A stretch of DNA of 63,979 nucleotides, filler included, from Rhabdomonas costata (lineage: Eukaryota): assembly GCA_019059605.1 (NCBI GenBank). It is 53 parts of 53 records of this genome, joined end to end, with 100 filler letters (N's around TTAATTAATTAA, not from the genome) between each part and the next. Parts side by side here need not be neighbours in the genome. Positions count along the whole stretch, not along the records: positions 35,068 to 36,176 come from JAHMHO010028140.1; positions 36,277 to 37,385 come from JAHMHO010028141.1; positions 37,486 to 38,594 come from JAHMHO010028142.1; positions 38,695 to 39,805 come from JAHMHO010028143.1; positions 39,906 to 41,014 come from JAHMHO010028144.1; positions 41,115 to 42,223 come from JAHMHO010028145.1; positions 42,324 to 43,432 come from JAHMHO010028146.1; positions 43,533 to 44,643 come from JAHMHO010028147.1; 45 more parts are not named here. One strand, written 5' to 3'. The translations under genes and the position numbers were made by a program. Position 1 is the stretch's first letter. Each line of letters starts with the position of its first letter. The notes under the pieces are model-generated. The model was not told the DNA's origin, ran no database searches, and saw only the letters and a program-made list of their open reading frames with translations. Of the stretch, positions 35,193 to 47,442 are shown piece after piece.

Positions 35193-35834
35193 ATTGGGAA
35201 AGAAAGAGGAGGATGCAAGTGCTTCCATTCCCGCAGTCCCAATCTGATTAAAGGTCACATCCAAGGAAGCAAGGTTGGGGAAGAAAGCCGAGGATACTAG
35301 CGCTTGCATTCCCGTGGCCCCGATCTGATTGCTGCTGACATCCAACAAGGAAAGGTTGGGGAAAAAAGGGGAAGCGGCAAGTGCCTGCATTCCATCATCC
35401 CCTGTCTGACTGCTGCACAAATTCAACGAGGAAAGTTTCGGGAAGAAAGAGGAGGCTGCAAGTGCCTGCATTCCCGCGAACCCGATGTTAACGCTTCGTA
35501 TATCCAGAGATCTGAGGTTGGGAAACATGCAGGAAGCGGAGCGCGCAGCCATTTCCGCACCAACTCCAAGCATGTGTTCCAAGACCACCTTACAGCGCAC
35601 CAAAATCATCGCCGCGGAGCAAGCCAGACGCATACCCGGAGCCGCACTTTGACCATCCTTGAGATCTTTGGGGGTTTTTGTGAGGCGGAGTACAACCTTC
35701 CAATGCGGGGCAAGATTCTCATCAACCAAATCTTGAAAGTGCTTGCAAACCAGCCGCAGGCTAAGATGCGAGCTTTGCTCCAGAAACCAAAAGCTTGAAA
35801 TCCAGGAGTCCTCGGATAGGGGGAGGCACGACAT
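35193..35834 (-). CDS. F-box + RNI-like 28-aa leucine-rich repeat protein (intronless; 3' end replaced by RT sequence)
   Basis: N-terminal F-box (LSEDSWISSFWFL...LSLRLVCKHFQDLV) followed by four ~28-aa repeats FFPNLxxLDVxxNQIGxxGMQALAxS. Confidence 0.85.
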
Positions 35835-36282
35835 CTCTCTTTCGTCAGCAAGGTTAAGAAGGCTATGAAGGGAGAAAGTAGAGAAGGAAATTCGCCTGAG
35901 ATCTCCAAGGCCCTTCACAAACTGATGAGCCCTGGGTTCCGCGAATTTCTGGCTCCCTATGTCTTGGCCACATATTGGTTCCATTTCGACAATTCAGACT
36001 CCAGGGCCCTAAAGGGGGCACCTCCCAACCCTTCACCCACGCTCCAACTAACCCAAAATACAACAAACGCATACACTCTCACCGCCTGAAAGTGGAATGA
36101 GATTCCTCCCATTGAGTCCTTCCATGTAAATGCTGTGTCTGACGTACTTGCTTGAAATATTTCCCCACAAAAAACCNNNNNNNNNNNNNNNNNNNNNNNN
36201 NNNNNNNNNNNNNNNNNNNNTTAATTAATTAANNNNNNNNNNNNNNNNNNNNNNNNNNNNNNNNNNNNNNNNNNNNGGTTGG

Positions 36283-36475
36283 TGGTTCTGCTTGTGCTTC
36301 TCCACACGCATCTCCCATGAAAAGTTGGGAAGCAATGAAACCATTGGTTGCCCATGGCAGGCTGATTCAGGGTGTTCCGAAGCACCACCGAAGCAGCCTG
36401 CCATGGGCAACCAATGGTTTCATTGCTTCCCAACTTTTCATGGGAGATGCGTGTGGAGAAGCACAAGCAGAACCA
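36283..36475. repeat. Contig-terminal inverted repeat (82-bp arms 36283-36364 / 36394-36475)
   Basis: Perfect reverse-complement arms at the contig start. They produce mirrored ORFs in the ORF track. Confidence 0.9.
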
Positions 36476-36604
36476 GCAATGTTCAAGCGCAACGCCTGAT
36501 TACACGAAACAAAATCACTGAGCTTGCGCATCACGCAGGCACCGCTCCCTGAAGAGGTAGGCCAAGGTACACACGCACAGCAGTGGGCAAACCTCTGCCT
36601 CACC

Positions 36605-37360
36605 TCCGTGGGCCAGCTGCTTTCGGAAGTTCTGCGTCATCTCCACGACATGGGCATGCGAGAACTGCCGCGGCACCTGCACCACGGGCGGAAGATCCCA
36701 GGCGGGGCCCACCGCGGCCACTCTGCTGAGGACTCCTAACACTGTGCTGAAGTCTTCCGGAGGACTATCGAACGTTTCCTGTGAGTACGAATAAGAAGAG
36801 GATTCTGAACCCCCTTCAATTCATTTCATTTCAACTCAATTCGATCACCATCTGCAAAGTTTCACCGGATAGTGAGGTGTGCTTGTCCACTTGAGCCTAA
36901 AAAGTGGACTGAGTCGCTTTACTTGTTTCGCGCGCGTGCGCGCCCGTGTCACACGAGAGGGTCTCATAGGGTGCATAGGGTACAGCAAGGTTACGAAGGG
37001 TGCGTCCCCCAGGACATGACATTGGAAGAACATGGGAAGTAATACCAAGTAATACCAATACGCAAATTGTGCCTGCGAAAGATAAACCGAAACTGCACAC
37101 GCAAAGGGGCACCCACACCCACAGGGGGTTCCAATTCAGCGTGGGCTCCGCGGACAATGCCTGGGAGAGGCCGCGCTGCACTGCAAACGGGAGGGCCGCA
37201 AAGGCCCACCCAAAGGCCACCGACTTCTCCACCGGTCCTAGGCCCACGTGCAGGCCAGCTGCGGAGGCGATGTCCCGCAGCGTGGCGAACAGGTCGGCGC
37301 TACTTGCCTTGGGCGCGAGAATGAGTGCCCCGTGGACCGTGCCAACCACGCACACGCCGG
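36605..37360 (-). CDS. Probable exons of an unknown protein
   Basis: GC3-rich frames (GTVHGALILAPKASSADLFATLRDIASAAG...; PAWDLPPVVQVPRQFSHAHVVEMTQNFRKQL) with gt donors. Confidence 0.35.
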
Positions 37361-40300
37361 ATGCGAGTAACACAAACACACCCACNNNNNNNNNNNNNNN
37401 NNNNNNNNNNNNNNNNNNNNNNNNNNNNNTTAATTAATTAANNNNNNNNNNNNNNNNNNNNNNNNNNNNNNNNNNNNNNNNNNNNTGTGGTGGGTGTGGT
37501 TGGGTGTTGTTTGGAGCTCAAGTGCTCATGGAAAAGCAATGCCCAAGTGTCGTTTGTGCCTAACCGGAGGAATATGTATGGTCCTCCAAAACTGAAAAAG
37601 CAATCCCGACATGGCAGGAATTTCTCGGTCGGTTTAGGGTGCAGGAGAAAAGGAGCACGAAGCAAGAAAGTAGGAGAGCACTACACCGACACAGATGTTG
37701 GGGTTCGAGGCTTGAACAGCCTGGCTGGGCCAAGATTGACGGCCATTCACCAAAACAGCAGTGAAAACCCAAACCCAAAAGGACAACGCAAATCAGAAGT
37801 GAAGCGGTAAAAAGATAGTAAAGCAGTACACTTGACGAAATGGGGAGGGAAAAGAAGAAAAACCACCTGTGCGGGATGCAATAAAAATTAAGTAAGCAAA
37901 TGCACGGGTCACCTTGATGCCAAGCAAGACCGTGAAAAGGTGACATTTCATTGGTGTTTCATCGGCGGGAAAGGATTCAAGTACGGATGAAGTCTGCTTC
38001 GTGCCAGCACACCCCAATTATTAGCAAGCAAAGCAACACATGATGTGACCATCTGAGAGCAACATCGATGACAAAAAACACGGGTTTCATCGAGACATTC
38101 ATCGATTCCTTTTGGCCTAAAACTTAAGGAGGAGAATCGACCAGGGCAGGAAAAAAGCCTGTAAGCGCCGAGGCAGATTCCCCTTTCTGACCGACTCTCA
38201 AGATCCGCTCGAAAAGCAAAACTTGACGGATAACTCTGCACTCTAACTCTGTCACACCTCCAATCGTGTCCCAGCAACAAGCACAACATCCCCTGAGAAG
38301 ACCCAAAGGTGAGAGGAAAGCTCAAGGAAGGGAAAACCCCAGTCTTGGGATCACTCTCAGCAAATATAAACAATGGGTATCGTTTCCATGCAGCAGTGGC
38401 ACAAATACTTTCTCTAACAGCAAAAACTTCTAAAGGTGAGATCAACTGTTCTTTGTGCTCACATTCGCGCGCTGTGCAGCCAGCCACCTGCAGAACGCGG
38501 TCCCTTCTCCTCCCAATCCTTGATACACCGTCGCACTCCTTTCGCCTTTTTGTTTGGGTGGAAGTAAATCGCACACCGCGCAGAAAGCTTGGTTNNNNNN
38601 NNNNNNNNNNNNNNNNNNNNNNNNNNNNNNNNNNNNNNTTAATTAATTAANNNNNNNNNNNNNNNNNNNNNNNNNNNNNNNNNNNNNNNNNNNNTGTCAT
38701 CGTGTTGGGGTTCGGGTACTGTGGTGTGAGTAGTGTAAGCGTTGCATCCTACGCTACCGGTAACCACTAACCTCAACCACCACCACCGGATGCATGACTC
38801 GGACGCTACAACTTGAGCTGTGGTGACATTGCTGCTACCACTGCCGGTCATTGTACCATCTCAGCCACTTGCCTCTCATGTGGGTTGAGTGGTGACCTTA
38901 GCAATAGGGTATAGCCTGGGGTGTAGGGATCAGCGTAGCACTGTCACTACCCTTACGCTTTACTGCTATGCATCCATAGGTACACGTAACACTACTAATA
39001 GGGTAACATGCCCATACGTTGGTGTTATGCCTACGACTATGGTGGCCATCGGTGTGTGTCAATGGATACATGGGGTCATGAACGTGTGACAACCAGTGAG
39101 GTACGCGCATGACTCGCCCCATGTCAACTAAGCCTCACCTCAGCACCTGCACTTGACCAACCTGTGGCGTTCATGCATAGCCTTAGCTCAACTGTTTACC
39201 ATTGGCCTTCCACGTAGTACTCCACATTCCATTTCCTCGTTTCCTACGTGGGATCTCAGCTTCTCGTGTGTACGCATGTTGGTGTCGTTTTACCTAGGTC
39301 GTAGCTATAAAGCGGGTAGTGCCTCCTTGCTTGGTCTCACAGTCCCCCATAGGTCTCCTATCCAATCACTTCCAGCACGCTCGTCGAAGGACACAGTACC
39401 AAATAAGCCCCTAATGACACCAAGAATGCCTACACAACTAGCGAAATGGGAAAGGGATACGGCATGGTTGACCAGAGACAGAAACCGCTACGCCGACAGA
39501 CCGAAGCACTACGGAACCCAAGACACGCCGAAAGACCATACCAACAGGCTACATGGATAAGGGAAAAGCGAACCCAACCTCCGAAGAGAACCCCAGACTT
39601 CGAACCTCCGAAGAGGTATGCACGAAGCCGAATGCCGAAACCGCCCTCCGAAGAGAGAAGCAAGAACCCGAGACCGAGACCAAAAGCCCAACCACCAACT
39701 CCGATACCCAATGCACCCTCGACTCGCAGACACTAACCCAGACACCCGAACTCAGAACCCAGAACCCAAAGACCGAAAACTAAAGACCAAAACAAAATTC
39801 CAAACNNNNNNNNNNNNNNNNNNNNNNNNNNNNNNNNNNNNNNNNNNNNTTAATTAATTAANNNNNNNNNNNNNNNNNNNNNNNNNNNNNNNNNNNNNNN
39901 NNNNNGCGGGGACCCAGACAACGACATCTTGCGCCCACCCTCGGGGAACATGTACTTGTAGAAGAGGGAAAGAAGGTGGAGGGTGGCAGAAAGGGATGGG
40001 GAGAGTGTGGGACGGGATGTCTGACTGAGATTTTGCGCGTTGCGCTGGTGTCTTCCTTGGTGCCCCCGTGTTTGTTGGGGGGTTTATGCCGGTGACAAAG
40101 ATGATGTGGGCAGAGGTGGGTTGGGGGTATGGGGTTTATCGACGAGATCCAGCCCTTTGTGGCCGCCATATTACTTTTTGGGAAGGTTCGCTGGTGGATG
40201 CAGTGTGCGCCAGTGGCATTCGGAACAGTGATCCTGATCTTTTATAACGACTCTCTTGGGGTGAAGTGGCTCTAGGTTTGGTCGACGTTTAGAAACAACA

Positions 40301-41422
40301 ATCGATGTGGCGGCAGCATGTCGTGCAACCAGCGAAAATCACTCTACCCCTCAAAAATGGCATCAAAAGAAGGAAAGGAAAGAGCGGAGGAAACTATAAG
40401 GATCGACGCTGCAACAGGATTGTATTGTAGTATCATCTGCCCTGATAATCCGTGGTTTTGTTTGGAGCGCGCTGGTTTCTTCTTCACGCAGAGTGTCTGT
40501 CTTTTTTTGTACCTTAATATCTGTGCCTGTCTGTTAACTCCATATATGTGCGTTGTGCATGTCCTCAATGGGCAGCTTTCCGTGTCCCCCTAAGAATCAC
40601 GCCTGACTGCTGTTTTTGGGGGACTTTTTCGATTTCTCACTCGGAGGTTCCACTTCGCCAAGAGCGTTGCCATAACGGACTCACTGACGATGGCGATGGT
40701 TCGTTTTGCGGTTTGAGACCTTTTGCTCCGAGACAAAAAGTGAAAGGCTGGAACCGGAACCATCGCAAAACAAGGATAGCAGCCCAAACCCCAAGCACCC
40801 GAGGAGAGGAGCCACACCTGTCCCTGCGGCACCCCCGTTGGTCACGGGCTCCGGAGGAACGGGAGATTTCTAACAAAAAAGAGGTCACAAGGCACACATA
40901 TACAAAGTGCAAACACGCGTCCGCAACCTCACAGCACAAAGCACGGACCCCCACATCCAATATCTGACATTAAACGACGAGACGTACTCCCCTCGACGTG
41001 GCTGCCCACACACANNNNNNNNNNNNNNNNNNNNNNNNNNNNNNNNNNNNNNNNNNNNTTAATTAATTAANNNNNNNNNNNNNNNNNNNNNNNNNNNNNN
41101 NNNNNNNNNNNNNNGTGGTGTTGTGCCCCGTTGGCGCATCCTTTTCGGCTTCTGTAGCTACTCCCCAACGCCGGACATGCCTCAATGTTCCTCCCCCCGC
41201 GAATCAATACGACTTCTTCTGTCGATCTATGCTGCAGGGTTTTTTGTTTTTCAGTTGCAAAATGCTGTGAGAATAAGCTCTTAAAAATATTCTTTCCTGC
41301 ATGCCAGAATCAGCCCAGCTTACTGACAAATGGCTGTGCTTGGCTGGACTCCTCCAAAGTACACTCTCGACGTGTCCCAGTGAGTGTGTGCGCGCCTGGA
41401 ATTTGGGTTTTTGGATTCTCAG

Positions 41423-42012
41423 CGGCGGTGTGCACTCACCCGTTTGACGTCGCCAAGACGCGCATCCAAACCGCCCACCAGCTCTCCGCCGCGTGCTGCT
41501 GCGACACTGGTGCACCCCCTCCCCCACTGCTTAGTCTGTTTTGCCGTGTCGTTTTAGGGACCGGGAGACTTTTGCGGCGAGGCTCGCGTCGACAGCTCGC
41601 GGCTGAAATCTTCGCATAAACCAGCAGCGAGTGTCAGCATTTCCTCACAAGTCAGACAATTGAGTTTCAGGGGTCACCCTTTGGGCTACCATGTTTTTAG
41701 GGAATCCAAAGGAATGTTAAAGGAAGTGAAACGAGCAACGCGTACAACAAACAGAGCAAATGATGGGTGCCAAAAAGGTGAAAAAATCACGTCCAACGCG
41801 ATATGGTAACTATTAACGCTTTGCCTGCTCTGAATTAGTTATCGCACCCTGACCATCAACCAGCCTTCGGGTGGGCTCATCTATCTCTTGGGATCAATTC
41901 GCCGGGTGGGGTGTGCTCAGTGGCTGGCCCCTCGCCGGTGTGCCAGGCAAAGGTCTATGGCACGCTGAAGATGATCTTCGAGACTAGTGGCGTCCGAGGG
42001 CTCTTCGTCGGG
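41423..42012 (+). CDS. Mitochondrial carrier family (SLC25; Mtm1/SLC25A39-40-like) fragment (exons 41423-41509 and 41921-42012)
   Basis: Carrier signature AAVCTHPFDVAKTRIQ (PxDxxKxR) and ...TLKMIFETSGVRGLFVG. Confidence 0.85.
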
Positions 42013-43810
42013 GTGCGTTTGTTGTTTGTTAGGGTCTTGCGTATTGCAGTGTGTGTGTGGATGTTTTGTGTGAGTTGGGAGGGATATTTTGGTCAAGTGG
42101 ATTAGTTTAGTAGTGGACTATTCCCCTTCAGATTTTTCTGGTTTGGGGGGATTTGATGAAATCCCATGCACCTCCTCACCCCTACCCCCACCCCTAAAAA
42201 TGCAGCTGGCTAGAAGCTGGTGTNNNNNNNNNNNNNNNNNNNNNNNNNNNNNNNNNNNNNNNNNNNNTTAATTAATTAANNNNNNNNNNNNNNNNNNNNN
42301 NNNNNNNNNNNNNNNNNNNNNNNGGGCAAAATTTTGAGATCCATATACCAGGACTCATGCCCCGCCAAGATGCGGGCAGCCACACTAGGATGGAGGGCGA
42401 TGCACGCGCAACCAGATTTATACAAGGAAGTTTGTACGGGTGAGTACGTTGCATAAACGTAACATCCGGCGGGGTGCCCATCTACGGGACAGCCAAGAGA
42501 CCCTCTCATAAGCATGGCACGCAGAGGGCGACGAGAAACGAGAAATAGAGAGAGGATGAGAGAAATGAACGAAAGTACCCTGAGTTGTCCTGCATTCATG
42601 CGTCCGTGCGTGCGTGCATTCGTTCGTTCATTTTGCATCCCGCAATAAATCGAGTTAAGTGCTTAAACATTCGTGGGAAGGCCTGTTGGGGTTGCTGAGG
42701 GTACAGGGTGTTAAGGCTTTGGGGCATAAAAGACTGAGCTCGAGATTAAAAGATTCAGATTGAGCCACCTTTCGCCGCGCGTGAGTTAACCAGATTTTCA
42801 GAGAAATTAACTCACACAGAGCTGGCCCAGTTTTATGCAACCTTAAGCATGAAGGACCCGAACGAAGCATAGCGCGCGTAAAAACCAGTATTGTCATCGC
42901 CTCACAGAATTTGCAACAGTTTTATTTTGGATATTCTGTGTTTGCCTTTCACGAAAACACAAAACACGGTGGCGTATAGGGCCACTGTGCGTTTTTGCGT
43001 GAACCCCCAAGTCAGAGAGGAATCCATACGATGCAGGCAAAGACCTGTCGCGAGGCGCCAAAGGTTGGGACAGATGCGGGAGGCGTCCAGGGAAGATGGC
43101 AGAACCACGTCCTTGAAGTTCACCTGCAGAGTCACAAAGTTGCGGGGACAGTCAGTCACAAGATCGCTGACGATGGAAGGAGAGTGAGTGCCAGCAACAG
43201 GAAAAGAGGGAAGGAGGGATTTCAAAGACTTCTTTATTCTAACCTAAACGTGGAGGAGAGGTCATTGGAGGAGATGCAGGAGGCAAGATCTACCCCTCCG
43301 ATTACGAAACCTCTTGAAAGTGAAAGATTTTGCAATTTAATGCCTGGAAATCCTCCGATATCGTGTCCACAGTGATACATAGCCCATCGCAAGCACGCAC
43401 GTGCGTGACTTCTTCTTGTAGAAAAACACAAANNNNNNNNNNNNNNNNNNNNNNNNNNNNNNNNNNNNNNNNNNNNTTAATTAATTAANNNNNNNNNNNN
43501 NNNNNNNNNNNNNNNNNNNNNNNNNNNNNNNNGGGGGTGTGGGTTGTGTTCACTTTCCAGTAAAAAAATTCTGTTTTTTTGAAGCAAGATATGTCGTAAA
43601 CTCAGAATTTTTTTTACTGGAAAGTGAACATAACCCACATCAAAAGAAGACTCAGCGAATCAAAATGGACGATAGAACTAACTGGAACTCGGTGTGCTCT
43701 GTGTTTCTTCTTCTCATCCCTATTAACGGAGGTCTTCTGAACCTATTTCGTTGACCAGTTCTACTTGCCACCCATCCTTCGTGCCACTGCACCCCACACG
43801 CCTCTCGGCG

Positions 43811-44007
43811 ATGGCCGCAGCAGGGCAGCCGCCGCGCAGCCTGGCGCTGCACTTGTTCCGCTCTCTGCTGCGGAGCAGCCTGGCCGTGGAGAAGGCAGTG
43901 GGCCCAGGCGCGGCCCGGGTGTCGTGGTTTAGCTTTGGGCCGATGTTCCACCCCGCGCAGTTCCAAGACCACAGCCCCGCGAAATACCTCCGGCAGCACT
44001 TCGGAAA
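43811..44007 (+). CDS. First exon of a possible LYR-motif-like protein
   Basis: MAAAGQPPRSLALHLFRSLLRSS...YLRQHF resembles L.LYR.LLR...R..F. Followed by a GT microsatellite intron. Confidence 0.4.
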
Positions 44008-44054
44008 GTGTGTGTGTTTGGGTGTGTGTGTGTGTGTGTGTGTGTGGGTGTGTG
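44008..44054 (+). repeat. (GT)n microsatellite
   Basis: Direct reading. Confidence 0.9.
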
Positions 44055-44743
44055 CTGCTGAGACTGTTTGAGACTGTGAGAGACTCTGTCGTTGCAATGA
44101 CGATGTCTCTTCTGCCAAAAAAAATGAGATACTTCGTGCAAAACGTATGCCGCCCTTCGTATGCTCGTGTTCACGGGAATGGGCGGGACAGGTGGACGCT
44201 GTTGCTGCATGACGTCCCATACGAAAAAAAGCGAATGCAAACCTTCACCTTTCCGCCCCGGCTCTAGCTCACGGTGCGGCCAGCTTTCTGTTCTCTTCCC
44301 CTCGCAAGAACGCACATAACAATTCAAGAGATCCCTGATTGTCTATTTTCCTCTATTTCACCCCTCCACCTCATCTAGCTCACAAAACCAGAAGGATGAG
44401 GACGGTTCCTCCCACATCTGCATCATATTTGCCGCTGCCGTCCGTCTGGGAAGACATTTGTTCGTATAGCGGCAAGATAGTCTGCCCCTTTGGTTTCGGT
44501 GTCTGGGCCTCCATCTCTGCACTCTGGGGCATCAACAATGCCCATTTTGTTGCTGGTATAAATGGTCAGCCCCAATGTCAAAAACAAAAACCTACTCTTC
44601 GATTCTATGCCGTGTCTACGCTCGTTGCGCTATTTCCCCCTCCNNNNNNNNNNNNNNNNNNNNNNNNNNNNNNNNNNNNNNNNNNNNTTAATTAATTAAN
44701 NNNNNNNNNNNNNNNNNNNNNNNNNNNNNNNNNNNNNNNNNNN

Positions 44744-45852
44744 AAACTCAGGGCGCGGACCGCGCGCTCAGCGATCAGGAACAGCGGGTTTTAGCGTCGA
44801 GTGACTTTGTCTGTGACATGTTACTCCATCAACCTGAATGGCTGGAGACACTGCGCAAGCAACCGCCGGTGGCGGACGAGTGGCTGCATTACGCCGCCTG
44901 GCTGCAGGATGATTTGGAAGAGGTGCGCGACGAAGCGCAACTGATGCGCGTACTGCGCCTGTTCCGCCGCGAGACATTGGTGAGGATCGCCTGGGCGCAG
45001 GCGTTGGGCCAATGCAGCACGCAAGAAACGCTGCTGCAACTGAGTGGGTTGGCAGAAACGCTGATCGTCAGCGCTCGCGACTGGCTATACCAAACCTGCT
45101 GCCGTGAGTGGGGCACTCCCTGTAATGCGCAGGGCGTACCGCAACCGTTGCTGATCCTCGGGATGGGCAAATTGGGCGGCGGTGAGCTGAATTTCTCATC
45201 CGATATCGATCTGATCTTTGCCTACCCGGAAAATGGCCAGACCCAGGGCGGGCGGCGTGAGCTGGATAACGCCCAGTTCTTCACCCGTCTGGGGCAGCGG
45301 TTGATCAAAGCGCTGGATCAGCAAACCATCGACGGCTTCGTCTATCGCGTGGATATGCGCCTGCGTCCGTTTGGCGAAAGTGGCCCGCTGGTGCTGAGCT
45401 TTGCGGCGCTGGAAGATTATTACCAGGAGCAGGGGCGCGACTGGGAGCGTTACGCGATGGTCAAGGCGCGGATTATGGGCGATAGCGAAGGCGTCTATGC
45501 TAACGAGTTGCGTGCGATGCTGCGCCCGTTTGTTTTCCGTCGTTACATCGATTTCAGCGTGATTCAGTCGCTGCGCAACATGAAAGGGATGATTGCCCGT
45601 GAAGTGCGTCGACGTGGTTTGACCAACAATATCAAACTCGGCGCAGGCGGCATTCGCGAAATTGAATTTATCGTTCAGGTGTTCCAGCTCATTCGCGGTG
45701 GGCGCGAACCGTCGCTGCAATCGCGCTCTTTACTGCCAACGCTCAGCGTCATTGCCGCGCTGCATCTGCTTTCTGAAAACGATGCTGAACAATTGCGAGT
45801 GGCGTATCTGTTCCTGCGGCGTCTGGAAAACCTGCTGCAAAGCATTAACGAC
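44744..45852 (+). CDS. glnE: Glutamine synthetase adenylyltransferase/adenylyl-removase (partial), Enterobacterales
   Basis: Intronless and open across the whole contig. Contains [32 protein letters not shown] and [17 protein letters not shown]. Confidence 0.98.
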
Positions 45853-47442
45853 NNNNNNNNNNNNNNNNNNNNNNNNNNNNNNNNNNNNNNNNNNNNTTAA
45901 TTAATTAANNNNNNNNNNNNNNNNNNNNNNNNNNNNNNNNNNNNNNNNNNNNTTTGTTGGTGCGTGGCTGCCTGGTTTGGATGCTTATCTGTGGGTGTTG
46001 ATGTGGGCTGTGGTGCTAATTTGGGTATCGTGGTTGCGTCTTTTGGTTCGGTGTCTAGGTTCCGTTGTGCTACAGGTCTCCCTCGCTAAAGTTCGTGCTG
46101 TATCTTGTTGGGTATTTGCTACGTTGCATGCGCGGGCTTGGTTGTGTTTCTTGGTGCAGTGGTTTGTGGGTTCCGAATCGTTTTCTTGGAACTTACATAG
46201 CCACTCACATTGCCTTATCTTGCATTAACGCCTAATTAGTAACTAAAGCTTAATTTTGTACACATCAGTTATATATTCTACTGCTGCACTTCCGTATTCC
46301 GAATAAGCGTACAAGCACTCAAAAATAAGGTCTTGAACGCTTCCTGCGTCTCAAGAGAAGCTTTTCCATGGTTTCCTTTTGATTTTTTATCCCTATTACA
46401 AATACAAATTTCCTATATATGCACTTTCATACAGCGAAACGCAGGTGCAAAGCCGCTGAATTGTGTCTGCTTGTGCACAGTAGCACTTGTGGAGGACAAT
46501 TATTTCTTCCTCACTGGAGCTGCAACGAATACGCTCTCAATTTGAAAATGCGCTATCATGGCACATCCATGGTCTATTGAGACTTCCATGATTTTCTCCA
46601 AACAGCGGAAGATCAGCTCATGTTATTATAATTCTTTCATTCAAAGCGTCTGATATTTTTAAAAACACAGAGCCGTTAAATTTCTGTCTTAATGCAACAA
46701 AACACAAGACCTTGATGTCGTGCAACTTGACATAAAGAAGATGTTTTCCAGTGCATGAACGCCGCACCAGTGGGCTAACCAGCGTTGTGTTGTTGTCTTA
46801 CATTTAAACGCAGTTATTAATAAATACGTATCAATAGCATCAGTCAAACATAAAAACGCATAATGAGGCTGTGACACGCGAAAAGAAGCAAGCTCAAGAA
46901 AACACGTGATGATAGCACGACAAAAAGTGATGGTAAAAACTGAATGCAAGCATAAAAGCACCAGACATAGCACATTTTGGTGTAAACAGGCCAGAAATCA
47001 CGCAAAGCATTCCGGAACAGAGGCGCAGTGCTGCAGCAAAAATCAAACAGCACAAAAAAAANNNNNNNNNNNNNNNNNNNNNNNNNNNNNNNNNNNNNNN
47101 NNNNNTTAATTAATTAANNNNNNNNNNNNNNNNNNNNNNNNNNNNNNNNNNNNNNNNNNNNGTGTTGGTGGCTGAAGTGTCAGCAAGGAGTGCGGGCTTG
47201 GGCACAGGCGTCGTGCACCGGGTCAGCGAGGCTTGAGGCGTGACCCGACGTTGTTGACCTCTGGCCTGCTTTATCCGGGGAGAGCACCCTGAAAGGAAAA
47301 AGGATAGGATCAGGACAGCAGGTTTTTTGTCGTCATCAAACAAAAGCGTTTTCGTGTTTATGAAAAAGCAGCAGGTTTTTTTTTTACAGCCCTGCCTTCG
47401 CCTAGGCGCAGACATGAGTGGTTTTTATGTTCACCTATTTAG

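Noticed and set aside
39578-39655. Three CCTCCGAAGAG copies as a mini-CRISPR
   Set aside because: The 11-nt repeat is too short, spacing is irregular, there are no cas genes, and the context is eukaryotic.
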